DNA of 63,435 bases, filler included, from Octopus bimaculoides (GCF_001194135.2; 5 parts of 4 records of this genome joined end to end with filler, not necessarily neighbours in it), one strand, 5' to 3'; shown: positions 36,112-49,982, counted from the first letter of the whole stretch. Made by a program: numbers and translations. The notes: generated by a model not told the origin, from the sequence alone.

Positions 36112-38389
36112 NNNNNNNNNNNNNNNNNNNGGGGGGGGGGGTGATTTTACTTTGGAAGTGGATTTACAGAATCATATGAGTGCCAAACTGATTGCCTTGT
36201 GATATTTTCCTTCTTTTAATACTCAGGAGAGAAATGACACTGAGCAAAAGTTTGAATTTTATCCTTCTTTTGTTATTAAAGAACCAGCAATTTACTGTGG
36301 TAGAAATTTTATCGACTTGCATTGCGTGCTAGCGTGTTGATTAGAACCCAAATTCCCGTCTGCTTGTGATAAATCACACACACGCACAGTATCAATCATT
36401 CAAGTATACACAGCCTAAATTTGAGGACCTGTTACAAAGCATAGGACATAAAGGACAAAATACGAAAAGAATTTGTCTTATTCTACTGAAAGTATTATTC
36501 TAGTATATGACAATAGCAAAGTCAATTCGAAATTCTCTCGGAAAATTTTCGTGTCTCTCTTTGAGAATTCACTTCATCGAAGTTGGGATTTATCAATCTA
36601 TATGAGTGTGTATGTGTGTGGGTTTAATACGAAAGCAATCAACACAAATCTGTTTACTTCAACATCAACAAAGGTGTACCAATAATGCACATTCATAGGA
36701 GTGTCTTAGCAAAGTTCATTCTTAATGACTGGCTTATGGCAATATTTGAAAACACCATCTCTCCCCTTACTCCTGCCGCCTAACCCCACCTTGTCCTCTC
36801 TCTTCCTATTTCTGTCTCGATCTTCATCTTCTTCTCCCCTGTCAACTGTATCATTACTTTCCTCCCATTCACTCTCCATCTTCACCAAATCTTAACTGCA
36901 CCTTTATCTTCCCCAATTAACGGCTCATCGGGTCCTACTCTTCATCTATATTCTCCGTGGGGATCGAATCACTGTCTAAAGAAATTTTGTTAGAAAGGAA
37001 CTCATGGAAAATGACGGGAGCAACTCAGAATCTACTGAATTCATCTGTGCAAATATTTATGACATTTCACCGTGTAAATAGTTACGTTGCATATATCATC
37101 TTCCTGTAGCTACACAATGGTGTAAATATGTTAGTGTCTTATGAAAACGATTTATTCCTGTCCAATTTTAAGTTTACTCTCGGCCATTTCAGCTTAGGGA
37201 TGATGATTTGAGATGTGGAATGTGTTTGGAATGGGGGTAATAAATTGGTTTATTACTCTATAATACTATATATTTCAATGAAGTTAAATAATTTTATTAT
37301 CTTATTCCTTAATCACCTCAACCAAAGTTAATTCAAATAAGCCTCTGTTGTATTAACATCTATAATAATTAATAAAATACATTAATACTAATAAATTTAT
37401 ATGATAATAATATTATGCTCAATAATGTCGTTCGAAAGGCCCGGTAATAATTTGTGTTACTTCTCAGTATTGAAATAGCTTAATTGGCGTCTACAAAAGA
37501 AATGAAAGAGAAAAGGTTATAGAGAGTTCCCTTCTAGCATTGTAAAGCCCATGTTACGTAGAAGAGAACACTAATCAAATGATTCGAAGTCAGACTGGAA
37601 TCAATCGATTCATGTGTGTGTCAAAATTTTCAAGAGAGAAATGGAAAGAGCTTTCCCGCTACAGAAACTCACTCATACAGCAAATGCCTCGGCATTTAAC
37701 TACTATAATGGGGAAGAGAGACAACTGTATCCACTATATGAATCCTAAATGCATTTCCGCTTTCTATTTTTGGGCCATATTTAGGAGTCTTCAATTTTTC
37801 TATCCAAAGGGTTTTCACAAACCAATATTTACATGCTATTATTTTTAAAGCATTTAATTGCTTCGTGATCTAATTACCAAACAGAATGCAATTACAAAGC
37901 GATTCAATTAGGAAAAACGTTCTTCCGAAAATTATAATTTTTATGACATCAAGTATATATATATATCTGTGCAATGTCTATTTCTGTCTCTATTTATTCC
38001 CCCGTCTCTCTCTATGTCTATCTATCTATCTCTTTCTCTCTCTTTCTCTCTCCTTCCAATTCTAACACTTTTCTATGTGTTGTTATCCGTGTCTTTGTTT
38101 TGTTTTCTTTCCTCTCTTTCCCTCTATATTTCTCTCTGTCTTTCTCTACAATGTAGAACTTTTTCTCACTCATCCCACCGCCACGTGACCCGTGGTCATC
38201 CTAGCTTCTCTTCTCTAGTTCCTTTTTACACCTGATTGTTAAGGCGACCAGTCATGACTCCTTGTATCCTCCTTTCAACACGGTTTGTTGCCTGCTCACT
38301 GTTACTTTTGTTCTCAGTCCTTTAGGACGCTATTCCTGACGTTATCCATATTATTCATCTCATGTTTCCGTCGCGAGTCCATATTTTGT

Positions 38390-38712
38390 TGTAGTGGGTA
38401 GGCAAGAAAGTAATTTCGAATTTTCAGTCTAAAGTGAATGTCATGTTTTTTTCATACAGAGAATGAACTTTAATCAATTATATATTTTCCATTTTGTTCC
38501 ATGACCTTCTGCCATTTTTCTGGCAAATGATAATTCTGCACACATAGAACTTCTGCTCCCTATCAGACAAAAACTAAAACAAGAGCAATTTCAGGTCATC
38601 ATCATTATTGAAAGTTATTCCATTCAAATAATTTTGCAAACTTCGAAATAAATGGTAATCTAATGGTTCAAGGTGAGGGCTATATCGTGGATGTGACCCC
38701 TTACCAACCAAG
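38390..38712 (-). mobile_element. Mariner transposase 3' fragment with degenerate TIR
   Basis: Minus strand: HPRYSPHLEPLDYHLFRSLQNYLNG...LPEKWQKVMEQNGKYIID*. TIR-like GGGTAGGCAAGAAAGTAATTTCG lies at the left end. Confidence 0.85.
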
Positions 38713-38973
38713 TTCTAATATAGGGTTTTCTAATATAGCCCCATGAGTGCTAAAGCCTTGTCAGTAGACTTGGTAGACAAAAGCTGAAACAAGCATGTGG
38801 CATATATGTGTATGTATGTATGTGTATGTGCACATGAGTCTTTATGTTTATGTCTTTGTATTTCATTTTCACTATTGTTGTACAACTGGAGTTTGATTGT
38901 TTATGTACCCGTATCATCGGGCTCCAGCGTAAGATATCGAAATACTGAGTACCAGTCTCTAAACCAAAAAGAT

Positions 38974-39050
38974 AAATTTCACCTCTGCAGTATCAAGGGT
39001 TTGGTTCGAACGAATCGATCCAAAGCGTTCATACTGCAGAGGTGACATTT
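38974..39050. ncRNA. Pre-miRNA-shaped hairpin (candidate only)
   Basis: Perfect 15-bp TCACCTCTGCAGTAT/ATACTGCAGAGGTGA within a stem of about 36 bp with five 1x1 mismatches and a 5-nt loop. Confidence 0.3.
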
Positions 39051-39469
39051 TTGTGCAGAAGTTTGCCTGCTGGTACAGTTGTGATTGATTATTCTACGGA
39101 ACACGTTTTTCGTGCAGTATCTACCAGGATCTGCTTTTTGTCCCAGATTATCTACAAAGTTCTCTGGGAAATTCCAATCGATATAAATCCTTTTCTTACA
39201 CTTTATGCGAACGCTTTTGTAGTGCAGCTGGGGACATCAAATATGGAACATCTAAACGTGTTTCTTCGTGGATTCTAGTTCCCAGCTGAAGATTTTCCCT
39301 GAAGGTGACAGTCGTTATTATTTGGTATTTACGATGCATCTTCTAGAGACAGAGATACTGTGAATAAATCAGGAAGTTTACCTTCTATGTTTTTTATCAT
39401 ACCTATATTTAACAATTTTAGATGTATATCTATCTGTCTGTCTGTTTGTATGTATAAGTATATGTACAT

Positions 39470-40290
39470 TAGGGTATTCAGTGTAAGAATTTTATCTGAC
39501 TTCAACTTTGTCTTGTCTGGTGAAAAAATGACAAAGTGTTGTATACAAAGTAACACGGCTCTAAAACCATTTTTGTAATTACACAAGCCCCCTGGATTTG
39601 GAGATAATGCCGTTTTTTTTTCTCGTGTCAAAATTGGCCATTTTTATTGCGTTTTTGTAGCGTCAGATCGAAGATATCTGTTTGATATTAGGTTCATAAG
39701 TCTCGTGTGGATCTAAGTTATGCTAGAAAATTATGATGCAAGTGCATAATTTATTTTTACTGATTTTATAACAAGTAAAATGGTTGGCAAAAATTTTTAA
39801 TCGTAAATCAACAACGTTCCAAGATATATCTTGAATAGACTTTTAAAGTACGTAATACAAATTTTACTGTAAAAAGAATCCTCAGTACATATCGATTCAG
39901 CTGTTTTTAACCGGAAATATTATGACTAGATGTATCAAAGATTAATACTGTATTTCATATGTTAGTCCATATGATTCCAAAGCATTTTTTATGACTTCAG
40001 TGGAATTAATTCAAGGAGGTATTGCCTAGCAACATGCCTTCTTCACAATGTACGTTTACAGCTATGCGATCCCTTCTCAATTTCTTGTTTGTGATGTATT
40101 TTTTCACTATTTTTCTATCAAAGTGAAGTACCGTGTTTGATACCTGCTTACCTTTCATTGAATCTCTAGCAGCATTTACGGTTTCTTGAACAACTTTCTT
40201 ACCAAATCTGTGAACATTTGATTTTGTAATTCCATTACCAGAAATACAAGTTTTATGAAACTGTCAACATCTATATATGCACATTTCTTT
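39470..40290 (-). mobile_element. Decayed hATm-like DNA transposon fragment with one terminus
   Basis: Minus strand: VLHFDRKIVK..RDRIAVNV..LLG, then IFDTSSHN, resembling hATm H(F/W)DGK, DRL, LLG and FDTT motifs. TAGGGT terminus at 39470. Confidence 0.65.
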
Positions 40291-40329
40291 CCTTGCTTCA
40301 ATCAAGGCCTTGAAGAATTTTGTCGAACA

Positions 40330-40642
40330 AATAGACACTAGGACTTATTTTCGAGACGGGTATTTATTCTATCGGTCTCTTCTACCGAACCGCTATACTA
40401 CGGGGAAGTAATGACACCAACAGTGGTTGTCAAGCAGCTTTCTGAGGACGAAAATCAACACAAAGACACACACATACACATATACGACGGGATTTTTTGT
40501 GTTTCCGTCTACCAAATCCACTTACAAGAATTTGGTCGGCCCCTGGATATAGTAACAGACACCTGCCCAAAGTGGCACGCAGTGGGACTGAACCCGGAGC
40601 CATGTTGTAGAGAAGCAAGATTTTTTACCACACAGTCACGCT

Positions 40643-40645
<3 letters not shown>
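40330..40645 (-). mobile_element. SINE family A
   Basis: CTACCGAACCGCTA..GTTGTCAAGC..TTTCCGTCTACCAAATCCAC..GGGACTGAACCCGG..ACCACACAGTCACGC. Confidence 0.85.
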
Positions 40646-40673
<28 letters not shown>

Positions 40674-40674
40674 G

Positions 40675-41000
40675 CTGAGACCCCCTTCGGTTATGACTGA
40701 CCATGGGTTTGCGCGTGGAAAGTTACCCTCCCAGGTCAGGCAAGGTTGTTCATGGAAGACCAGCAGTCGCCCATGCATACCAGCCTCTCCTCTCGACGCC
40801 AGCGATGATATCCAATGGAAAGGCAAGGCCCGATACATCTTAGCACCTGTGATGTCGCAACTCATTCCTACAGTTGAGTGAACTGGAGCAACAAGAAATA
40901 AAGTGGCATGCTCAAGAACACAACACCTAGCCCGGTTCAGGATTAGAACTCACAACCTCAGGGTCGTAAGCTCGACACTCTAACCACTGAGCCATGCATC
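40675..41000 (-). mobile_element. SINE family C
   Basis: Reverse complement is colinear with 2325-2675. Confidence 0.85.
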
Positions 41001-41939
41001 TTCACACACACACACAGACACACACACACACACACACACACATATATTTGTATATATATATATACAATTATGCAAATATATATATATATATATATANNNN
41101 NNNNNNNNNNNNNNNNNNNNNNNNNNNNNNNNNNNNNNNNNNNNNNNNNNNNNNNNNNNNNNNNNNNNNNNNNNNNNNNNNNNNNNNNNNNNNNNNNNNN
41201 NNNNNNNNNNNNNNNNNNNNNNNNNNNNNNNNNNNNNNNNNNNNGCATACACATGTACATTTATATATGTATAGGCATGTATGTCTATATAAACACATGT
41301 GTATTACAGATAGACAGATTGATAGATAGATATAGACAGATATTGCCATTCTATCTATTAATATATAGTGAGAGATAGAGCGGGGGTGGGGGCAAGGCAT
41401 TGAAAGTAATAGATATATAAATACAGAGAGAAAGAGAAATGGGTAGGTAAGGACATTTGGCTTGCTAATAAGAACTATTAAATTACTATAAGCTTTGAGA
41501 AATATCTGCAATGAGAAATAAAATTTCTCAGGAAATTATGAATTTAACTTACTTTATAATAATGAAATTTAAAGAACAAAGGTATTATATTGAATTTCGA
41601 ATAATAGCTAGTAAGAAGAGTTAGGAAAGTTGCTACCACGCATATACGGGTAGGAGAATTAGTTTATTATATAAATGAATATACATTTATATACTTGAAA
41701 ATTGGTAGAAAGGATGCCTGTGTAAAGCTATCTTCATATGTTGGTTCAGTGGCATAGAAATTGCAGGCTGGAAATTAGTTCAAAGATTGGAAATGTAATT
41801 CAATACCTGGAGTAAAGTTAGTTTAAGTGTTTTACCCAATAGTGTAACACACCGCCTTTCTGGAAATCGATTTAATGATCTTACTATCGTGATTCAGTAC
41901 CTTAACCACTGGGCCACCCGCTCTTACACACGCACACAT

Positions 41940-41975
<36 letters not shown>

Positions 41976-42499
41976 NNNNNNNNNNCACACACACACACAC
42001 ACACACACACACAGATTCACGAACGCACGCACAAACATACATATACTCATTCACAATGTATGCGGATATGAATGTATGAACAAGAATATGAAGGTGCATT
42101 TTCACACGATGGTACATGTAGTCATAGGAATGCAAACTATTAGGAAAACATTCAAATACGTGACATGTTCCATTCCATTAGTTCATGTGTTCCATGGTGC
42201 ATAAAATGTACACTACCATGTACACTACCTTAAAATGTACACTACCATAAGTAAAATTAATATACTTTTAATTCTAATTGTTTATCAAATTGCAAAGTGA
42301 CTGATAAAGTCTCCTATGTGCGTTGTTGTTTTCCTTCAACTATAAATCACTGGTGAGCTTGTTACGGTGAGCAAATTAACACCGGCTGACGGTGGAAAAC
42401 ATAAAATCACACACATATACTTTCCACAAAGTAGCTCAGACACACGCACACACGTTCTTATGTGGCGTTTCTGGTCACATTTGTTACAACGGGGCTTCA

Positions 42500-43040
42500 T
42501 GCCCTTAGTTTACTTCGTCACCCACAGTTATGGTGTCGACTATGCTCTCCAACCTGGATGACAATCTCCAGCACTCGCACTTGACAATTCCTCTGTGGTA
42601 ATTTTGTCGTCTGCAGGACAACAATACTCTTCTCCAATCCTAACAACTTCGCAACCACAAGTCAGGCAACATGAAACACGGATGGGATTTCTTCCACACT
42701 TACCCTGGAAGCACGCCTTCTAAGGTAAATTGGCAGAAGAGCAATTTCCACCGTTGCGTACTTCCTCCTTCTGGCAAGGTAAGTAACGTCCTTCCAGATG
42801 GGCTTTAGTGCTTTTTCTACTTCTTGCGTTTTTGCCACTCTCTTCTTAATATCTTCTTACACATTTCCAGCTTCCATCTTGCAAAAACGATCTCTTCCCT
42901 GGTACATCCGCCCGCACTTACAAAATTCTTCTCTTCTTCCATTTTCCTGTCCATGTTGTTGATACTTCTCAACAAATCCGACGATATTATATGTGACGAA
43001 CTCATGCTCTCGTATTCTATGGCAATAATTGAGCGCTTTC
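42500..43040 (-). mobile_element. ORF1/gag-like module, copy 1 (internally deleted)
   Basis: ORF starts MSSSHIISS. Homologous to 43075-43690 and 44400-45385. Confidence 0.55.
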
Positions 43041-43074
43041 CCTTTCAAACAATTTATACAATGAAAACTCTTTT

Positions 43075-43690
43075 TTTTTTAAGTACGTCTTCCAAGGTAA
43101 ATTGGCACTTTATCTGTCCTAAGGGACATCATAGAATGTTGCTTGGCTTTCCCCTCAGTTTGAAGCCGCACCCCTACTGTTACGTACTTCCTTCCTCTGG
43201 CAAGCTAAGTAACGTACTGCCAGATGGGCTTTAGCTCCTTTTTCGCTTGTTGCCATGTCAACTCTTTTGAGTTGTAAATTGTACATTCTGTACAAAATTG
43301 TTTTCTCCAACGTTAACCATGTAATGTCGCTAGGAGTGGGGGGTCACCTTAACTTCGTACCACTCTCTTCTTAATGTCTCCTTAGACCTATCCAACTCCC
43401 TCTTCTCAAAATCTAATCCTTCTTTAGCGCCTCCGGTCGCAAAATTCTTTTTTCCTATTTTCCTGCCCACGTTGTTGATATTTTTCAACAACTCCTTCTC
43501 TGACGATGTTATATGTGACGAACTCATGCTCTCGTATTCTATGATAATAACTCAGCGCTGAACCCTTGAAACAGGGGGGGAAAACAAAGTGTTTTAAAAA
43601 CACAAAAACAGCAAATCTTCAAAGGTAATTTAACATTACCAGTAGCAAGTAGTACTTACGAACAATCATAATACCAAGGAGAGGCGAGAG
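43075..43690 (-). mobile_element. ORF1/gag-like module, copy 2 with upstream leader
   Basis: MSSSHITSS..LLKNINN..RKIG. The GAATACGAGAGCATGAGTTCGTCACAT start context is shared with copy 1 and the leader with copy 3. Confidence 0.55.
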
Positions 43691-44399
43691 TTTTTTTATC
43701 ATTTTTTTAACAACTAAGGGTCGAAACTCAGATAGGACGGCACAAGGACAGCACAAGTTCGAACAAATAAAACGAATAAAATAGAAGTATGGAATGAAAT
43801 TAATGACGCGCTGAAATGAAGGCCTCTCGAACAACACATTCCAAGTGACCTCATTGGAAATGTTTGATACAATTTCAACAATTAAAAGTTCTCTTTAAAG
43901 TCTATGAATATATCGTGTAGACTGATCGATGAAGTTATTTCGTCGATATCAACATGGTTTTGCAGACCGATAACTTTCTTCCCGAAAGTCTCTATAAGTT
44001 TGTTAAAATTCTCTTTTTTAATAAGTGCACATTTTTCATGAAAGGGAATTCACTCACACCGACATATCAACTTTTGCTAATGTATCCAAATTTTTTATTT
44101 CCTTTCCTTTATATCCTTCATTCAAGGAATTTTACATAACGATGCCGCACTTTTTTCGGGGTGGGAGCTGGTGAATTTGAGGCTCCTGTGTGATTAATTG
44201 TGTATCTATAGGGACAGGGATGGGTTTAGTGTCTTGTGGATCAGGGTTTTCTGTTCGGTGACTGTAAGGGAAGTGTTATGCTGAGTGGGGAAGGTTGGGA
44301 CCGGGTAGGGGTAGAGTGGGGGTAAACATCAAAAGATTGTATCATTTTACTATTTTTATTCCTTTTACTGACGTTTTCCACTTACAGTTTATTTTTCCT

Positions 44400-45385
44400 C
44401 CACTTGGTCCTCCTTCCTTTCGTTTTCGTTAGTCTCCTCTTCACTCACTCCCACAGCACTTACCGTCGCAGTAGATGGCGGTGCGATCTATTTTCCCACT
44501 GGTGGTGTCGCAGGTACATTTACGGGCCGCGGAGAGTACTCCGCCCTTATGAAGTAAAACCCTTAGTTTTACTTCATCGCTCACCTTTATGGTGTCGAAT
44601 ATCCTCCCCAGGTCTCCCGCGGCAGACAAGGTGACAATATCCAACCCTTACACTTGCCAATTTCTTTCTGGTATTCTTGTCACCTAGAGGATCACAATCT
44701 CCTCCTCCAATCCTAACAACATCGCCGCCAGGCAACATCGACCTTCGGAGGCATTTCTTCCACTCTTACTCTGGAAGTACGTCTTCCAAGGTAAATTTGG
44801 CAGAAGAACCACCTTGTCTGTCCGAAGGGAGGTCACAAAATGCTGCCTGGCTTTCTCCTTGGTTTGAAACTGCACCTTCACTGTTGCGTATTTTCTCCCT
44901 CTAAGTAACGTCCTACCAGATGAGCTTTAGGGCTTTTTCTACTTCCTGCCGTTTTGCAACCTCAACTCCTTTGAGTTTTAAATTGTACGTTCTGTACAAA
45001 ATTGTTTTCACCATNNNNNNNNNNNNNNNNNNNNNNNGGGTCACCTTAACTTCATGCCCCTCTCTTCTTCATATCTTCTTGCACCTTTCCATCTCCCTCC
45101 TCTCAAAACGTATTTTTCCTTGGTGCAGCCGGCCGCAGCTGCAAAATTCTACTTTTCTCCTATTTTCCTGTCCGTACTGTTGATATTTCTCAACAACCCC
45201 TCTTCCGCCGATGTTATATCTGAGGAACTTATGTTCAGCATTTGCCGCTTCAAAAAAGCGAGAAAGCACTGCCTTAGGGCAGCAAAACAAAGTGTCTTGA
45301 AAGCACAGATACATCAAATGTTCAACAGTAAATTAAGATTAACAAGTAGTACTCGCGCACAATAATAATGCCGGCGAGTGTCATC
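44400..45385 (-). mobile_element. ORF1/gag-like module, copy 3 (longest)
   Basis: Frameshifted VKVQFQTKEKARQH..LGRRTSRVRVEEMPPKVDVAW..LLGLEEEIVIL*VTRIP..GDLGRIFDTIKV. Class assignment is inference. Confidence 0.55.
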
Positions 45386-46218
45386 GAATCGATTCGGTTC
45401 CCGTTTATCGCAATCGCATTATATATAAGGATAAGCAAATTACAGACGAGACCACATAAAATTCATACATGCCATATAACTGGCTGTTTTTTTTAATTAT
45501 TTAAAGAAATATACAGCATTTGTTATATATTCATTAGCAGTTCAATATACGACAAAATCTTTAATATTAAAATGTTTTTTTTTTCAGTCGCGATAATATA
45601 TGAAGCTTAAAATTCCTCTCTGCTAAACATTTCATATATCTCCGTCTTTTTCTGTCTAACTCCTACTTCAAATGAATCTTTTAACCGTGTCAGTCTCCTC
45701 TTCTAGTCGTTATCATTTCTCTCTGGTACTTTCTCTTCACCTCCCACTTCCACTAACCACATGACAGCTTAATGCATCGGCTGACAATAATGTCACTACA
45801 CTTTGTTTCTCTGTCTGTCTCTCTCTGTCTCTATCTCCCTCTCTCTCCTCCTCTCTTTCTCTGCCTTTCTTTAACCTCACCTCCACAACACCAACCCTCT
45901 GTTAAACATTGCAATTCTAACTCTCTTAATGTATATCGCTCCTTTCAACTAACTTTTTAACAACATAATAAATATTACCTCCCCCTTATCTCACGTCATT
46001 AACACCTCTCGCTCCTTCTTTCGCTTTAGTTCATTGCCTTTCCCTGCAACTAATCACGTGACACCGTACCGAATTCCGGCCTCAGAGTAATGATATATAG
46101 AAATGTATGTTTACACACACACATGTGTGTATGTATGTATGTATGTATGTATATATGTATGTATGTATGTCTGTATGTATGTATGTATGTATATACGTAT
46201 ACATGTACATATCTTGCA

Positions 46219-46272
<54 letters not shown>

Positions 46273-47149
46273 CACACACACACACACACTCATGAACGTG
46301 TGTGTCTTTGTAATGTTCACAAATTAGATTATACGAAAAGTATTTGCGTTCATACTTCTGGGAATATTACTAGTATACTTGGTTGCGCGGAAACTTGATA
46401 TTTTAAAGCAAATGTTTCAAAAGTTTTGTTGGACACTATGCTGTACAGTACTTATACTTGTGAGATTTGTTAGATAAGCTCTTTGTTTCTGAATCTGTGT
46501 GTGCGTGTATGTGCGTATGTGTGTGCACACGCGTGTGGGTGTCTGTGTGCGTCTGTTTGTGTGTGTGTGTTAATATATTAATCAACCCCCTGACGAAATA
46601 TGTTTCCATGCAATATAAATGAAATGCGTCATATAATCCATCTTGCTGCTATGAGTAAATATAACGCAAACACTCTCACCATAGGCACACATTCATGAAG
46701 CTTGACAAATATGCATTGCCTAGAATATATTAGGAAAAATGGTCAGAGTTTTTCAATATTGATACAGACAGGAAAAAATTTGTGAATCGAGGGATACAGT
46801 GCAACACCAGTCAATATTAGAAAGATTGTTTAAATTCGTACGTCTGCATTCTAAATTCATATCCAGTAGGTTAATTTTGATTTTGATCCTTGTGGAAATG
46901 ATTAAATATGTATCAAGTATGTGATAATTTAGATTTATTTGATTATACTTTAGCGTTACTGAGGAAGATCTAAAATGAATATTCGTCATGCGAGAACGTT
47001 TTCGTTATCGCGATCGTCTACGTAAGTAACATTTCTAATTTAAATAAACTTCTGAAATGGAAAATATCTAATAAGCAATTTGAAAAGTTTCCAATAAGAG
47101 AATACGCAAAATTTTATAGTAGATTCACCTAATAAAGCCCATAATAGCG

Positions 47150-47362
47150 GTTTCAAATTTTGGCGCAAGGCCAGCAGTTTGAGAAGGTACGAAGTTGATT
47201 ATATCAACCCCCGTACTCAACGGGTACTTATTTTATCAACCACTAAAAGGATGAAAGATAAAGTTGATCACCGCGGAATTTTACCTCAAAATATAAAGTC
47301 GGACGAAACACTGCTAAGCCGTTTGCCCGACATGCTAACAATTCTGCTAGCTCACCGCCTAA
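47150..47362 (-). mobile_element. SINE family B
   Basis: TTTCAAATTTTGGCGCAAGGCC..AAAGGATGAAAG..CGGAATT..GCTAACAATTCTGCTAGCTCACCGCC. Confidence 0.8.
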
Positions 47363-48156
47363 AAAAACAAAAAACAAAAAAGCTCGCCCATAATAACAGA
47401 ATTCTTGTAGAAACATATTCCATCACGAATAGAAATCTGTTTAGAAGAGATAGTGTTCGTTTGTATAGTTATTACTAACTGTTATATACTTTTTAGTATA
47501 TCCAAAATGTGGCCATGGTTAGCATTATCTTCAATGGTTGTTACACAATCGCGTAAACTAGTACTGAGGTTAGTCCTGTACGTATTTTCCTAGGTATGTA
47601 TTTCGAGTGATTACATTGATCGTTTGGCGAAATGATGTTTTCCTACTGGCAACATAGAAGTAAACATAAACACACATATAAGCATAGCCGCACACGAAGG
47701 TTTTCTTTTTCTATCTCTATTGGCTTATTGCTAGTCGTGTACCGCAGCATAATACTACAACAACAGGTGCTATTCTACTCTTCTAGCACAAGACTAATAT
47801 CTATTTTTGGAATAACAATCAAGATGATGATTTTTAATATCGTCGCTTTGTGTAAAAGCTGTGCATGCAACAATAAATTATTCTCACCTAGAGTTTACTA
47901 CGATATAAGATTCACTAATGTGCATTATTACCCTCATATATTGATCTGTCATTCTGCAGAATTCTCTCACAATATTCAAAGCTTTCAACAAAATAAATTT
48001 CAATTTGGTTGTAAGGGAGAATAAGACTAATTAGTCATAGCGTTTCTGCATTGCACCCTCCACCATCTCTATTCAACTCTTATATTCGTTTTGGATGATC
48101 ATAATTTACAAAGTAAGACAGACGTTAAGGCGAAAGTGCACTGCGCAGTATATATA

Positions 48157-48204
<48 letters not shown>

Positions 48205-48483
48205 CACATATATATATATATATATACACATAATGCATATATATGTGTGTGTGTGTGTGTGCGTGTGTGTGCACGCGCGTGCATGTATGTAATTTTGGGG
48301 ACTAATGGATGTGTGTCGATTAGTTTTGAGTAAAGCACATTCACAGTTTGGGTTACCTGGTGTCATCTACGGTTAGGTTATATTTCAGCTGAATCTCCTT
48401 CAAGAATTCCGCAGTGTTTGTTGAGATAATAATAATAATAATAATGATAATAATAATAATAACAATAATAATAATAATAATAA

Positions 48484-49004
48484 ATGCCCGGATGCAGTAC
48501 AAGGCAGTGGTTCTCATAGCTTCTGACCACAATTGATTGGAAATGTTATCATGTACATTGTTTTGTCTTTGTATAAAAGATGGGCTATAGCAAATATTCT
48601 GCTTAATAGGTCAAATTTGCTTGTCCGTTGTTTGACCATAACCAGTTGAGCGTGTCCCTTGGTGGCTGACGATATGTGCATCTCTGATCATGAGCAGTAG
48701 TAGTGTGGGAGCATCATAGCCATGTGTTGAAATATTTTCTTTGGGGTTTGAATAATTCACCTTTGGAAACATGGGTGTGTTGTTCGACATCCTTAAACAA
48801 ACCTTATTCAGAGATCTCTTGAGCGGGATGGGCTACTCGACCTGAAGAAAATTCTAACTAGGCCCCACATGCGAGGTCGCGCACATATGGTTGTGATGCA
48901 TGTGGCGCATGTACCCTTACCAGACGGGTAGTCATGATGGGTATAATGGGCTTCGTATTTTTTATCCCAGTGTCACTTTGATGGCATGCACTTCTCTCTC
49001 ACTC
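48484..49004 (+). mobile_element. Non-coding element of about 520 bp with (TAA)n on both sides
   Basis: (AAT)n at 48426-48483 and 49005-49055. Its right part is duplicated at 27267-27419. Confidence 0.75.
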
Positions 49005-49053
<49 letters not shown>

Positions 49054-49055
<2 letters not shown>

Positions 49056-49982
49056 CGATGAACGAGGCGGAAGATGGATTGGTATTAGTCTTCATTCACG
49101 ACGATAGTTTCGATCCCACCTGCGACTGTCGTTCATGGGTGGAAATTGTGTGCATCCAACTGTGTTGAGTGGATCAGTGAAGTCTGGATCCCATCAGGTA
49201 TATACATAAAGTGGTGTCCCGCTAAATATGTTGAGTTCTCGCATTTATGTTCATTTATTTCCGTTGTGTCCACTCTCATCCGTATGCAAGTATACGTATG
49301 AGTGTGTCTCTGAAACAACTCCCTGCCCACGCTGTGGTCAGTGAACAAGCACTTGTCAAGATAACCGCCCGGCAACAGTCCTGCAAGATTTAATACTCTA
49401 ACATCCCATCATTTGATCTTAATGTTACCGTGATGACAAATCTTACTGACTCTATCTTCCTATGATAAGTCGTAGAATTGTGGAATTTTACGGCATGCGT
49501 GTGTCAGGGTGAGAGTGTGTGTGTGTGAGTGTGTGTGTATGTTTTTGTGTGTGTGTGCGGATATCTATTAGCCTTCGCATCTACTCGTGTTAGCAAGTTT
49601 AGTCTCCCTCTCTTCAAACTGAACGCAATCTAATCTTACTTTAACATAACTTACCTTCTTTTTATTCATTTCTTATATATATTATATAGTTTATACTTTT
49701 ATATTTACGATTATTTTCTAATGAATTTTTAATATAAAGACAGCAGTAGCTGGCTCTGGATACGATGATCAGAAATCAACATTACTGCGAGAATTCAACA
49801 TATTTAGCGGGACACCACTTTATGTATGCATCTACCTGATGAGACCCCGACTGCACTGATCAATACAACACAATTTGATGCCCAACATACCACCCATGAA
49901 GGACAGTGGCGGGTGGAGTCGAAACTATCGTCGTACTGAATAAAGACTAATGCAAAATCCGTCTTCCGCTTCATTCATCGAT
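49054..49982. repeat. Diverged inverted repeat pair (49054-49243 and 49786-49982) bounded by (AAT)n and (ATT)n
   Basis: For example TACATAAAGTGGTGTCCCGCTAAATATGTTGA versus TCAACATATTTAGCGGGACACCACTTTATGTA. Confidence 0.85.

Noticed and set aside
37579-37760. Possible Tc1 transposase C-terminal remnant (WKEL..LIQQMPR.L)
   Set aside because: Too degraded, with no termini or intact SPDLNPIE motif to support a feature call.
40019-40035. X-box-like ATTGCCTAGCAAC
   Set aside because: It lies within the hAT transposase relic and has a mismatch at a key position.
40152-40260. Minus-strand host exon FHKTCISGNGITKSNVHRFGKKVVQETVNAARDSMK
   Set aside because: The frame continues past the donor into hAT-like transposase motifs.
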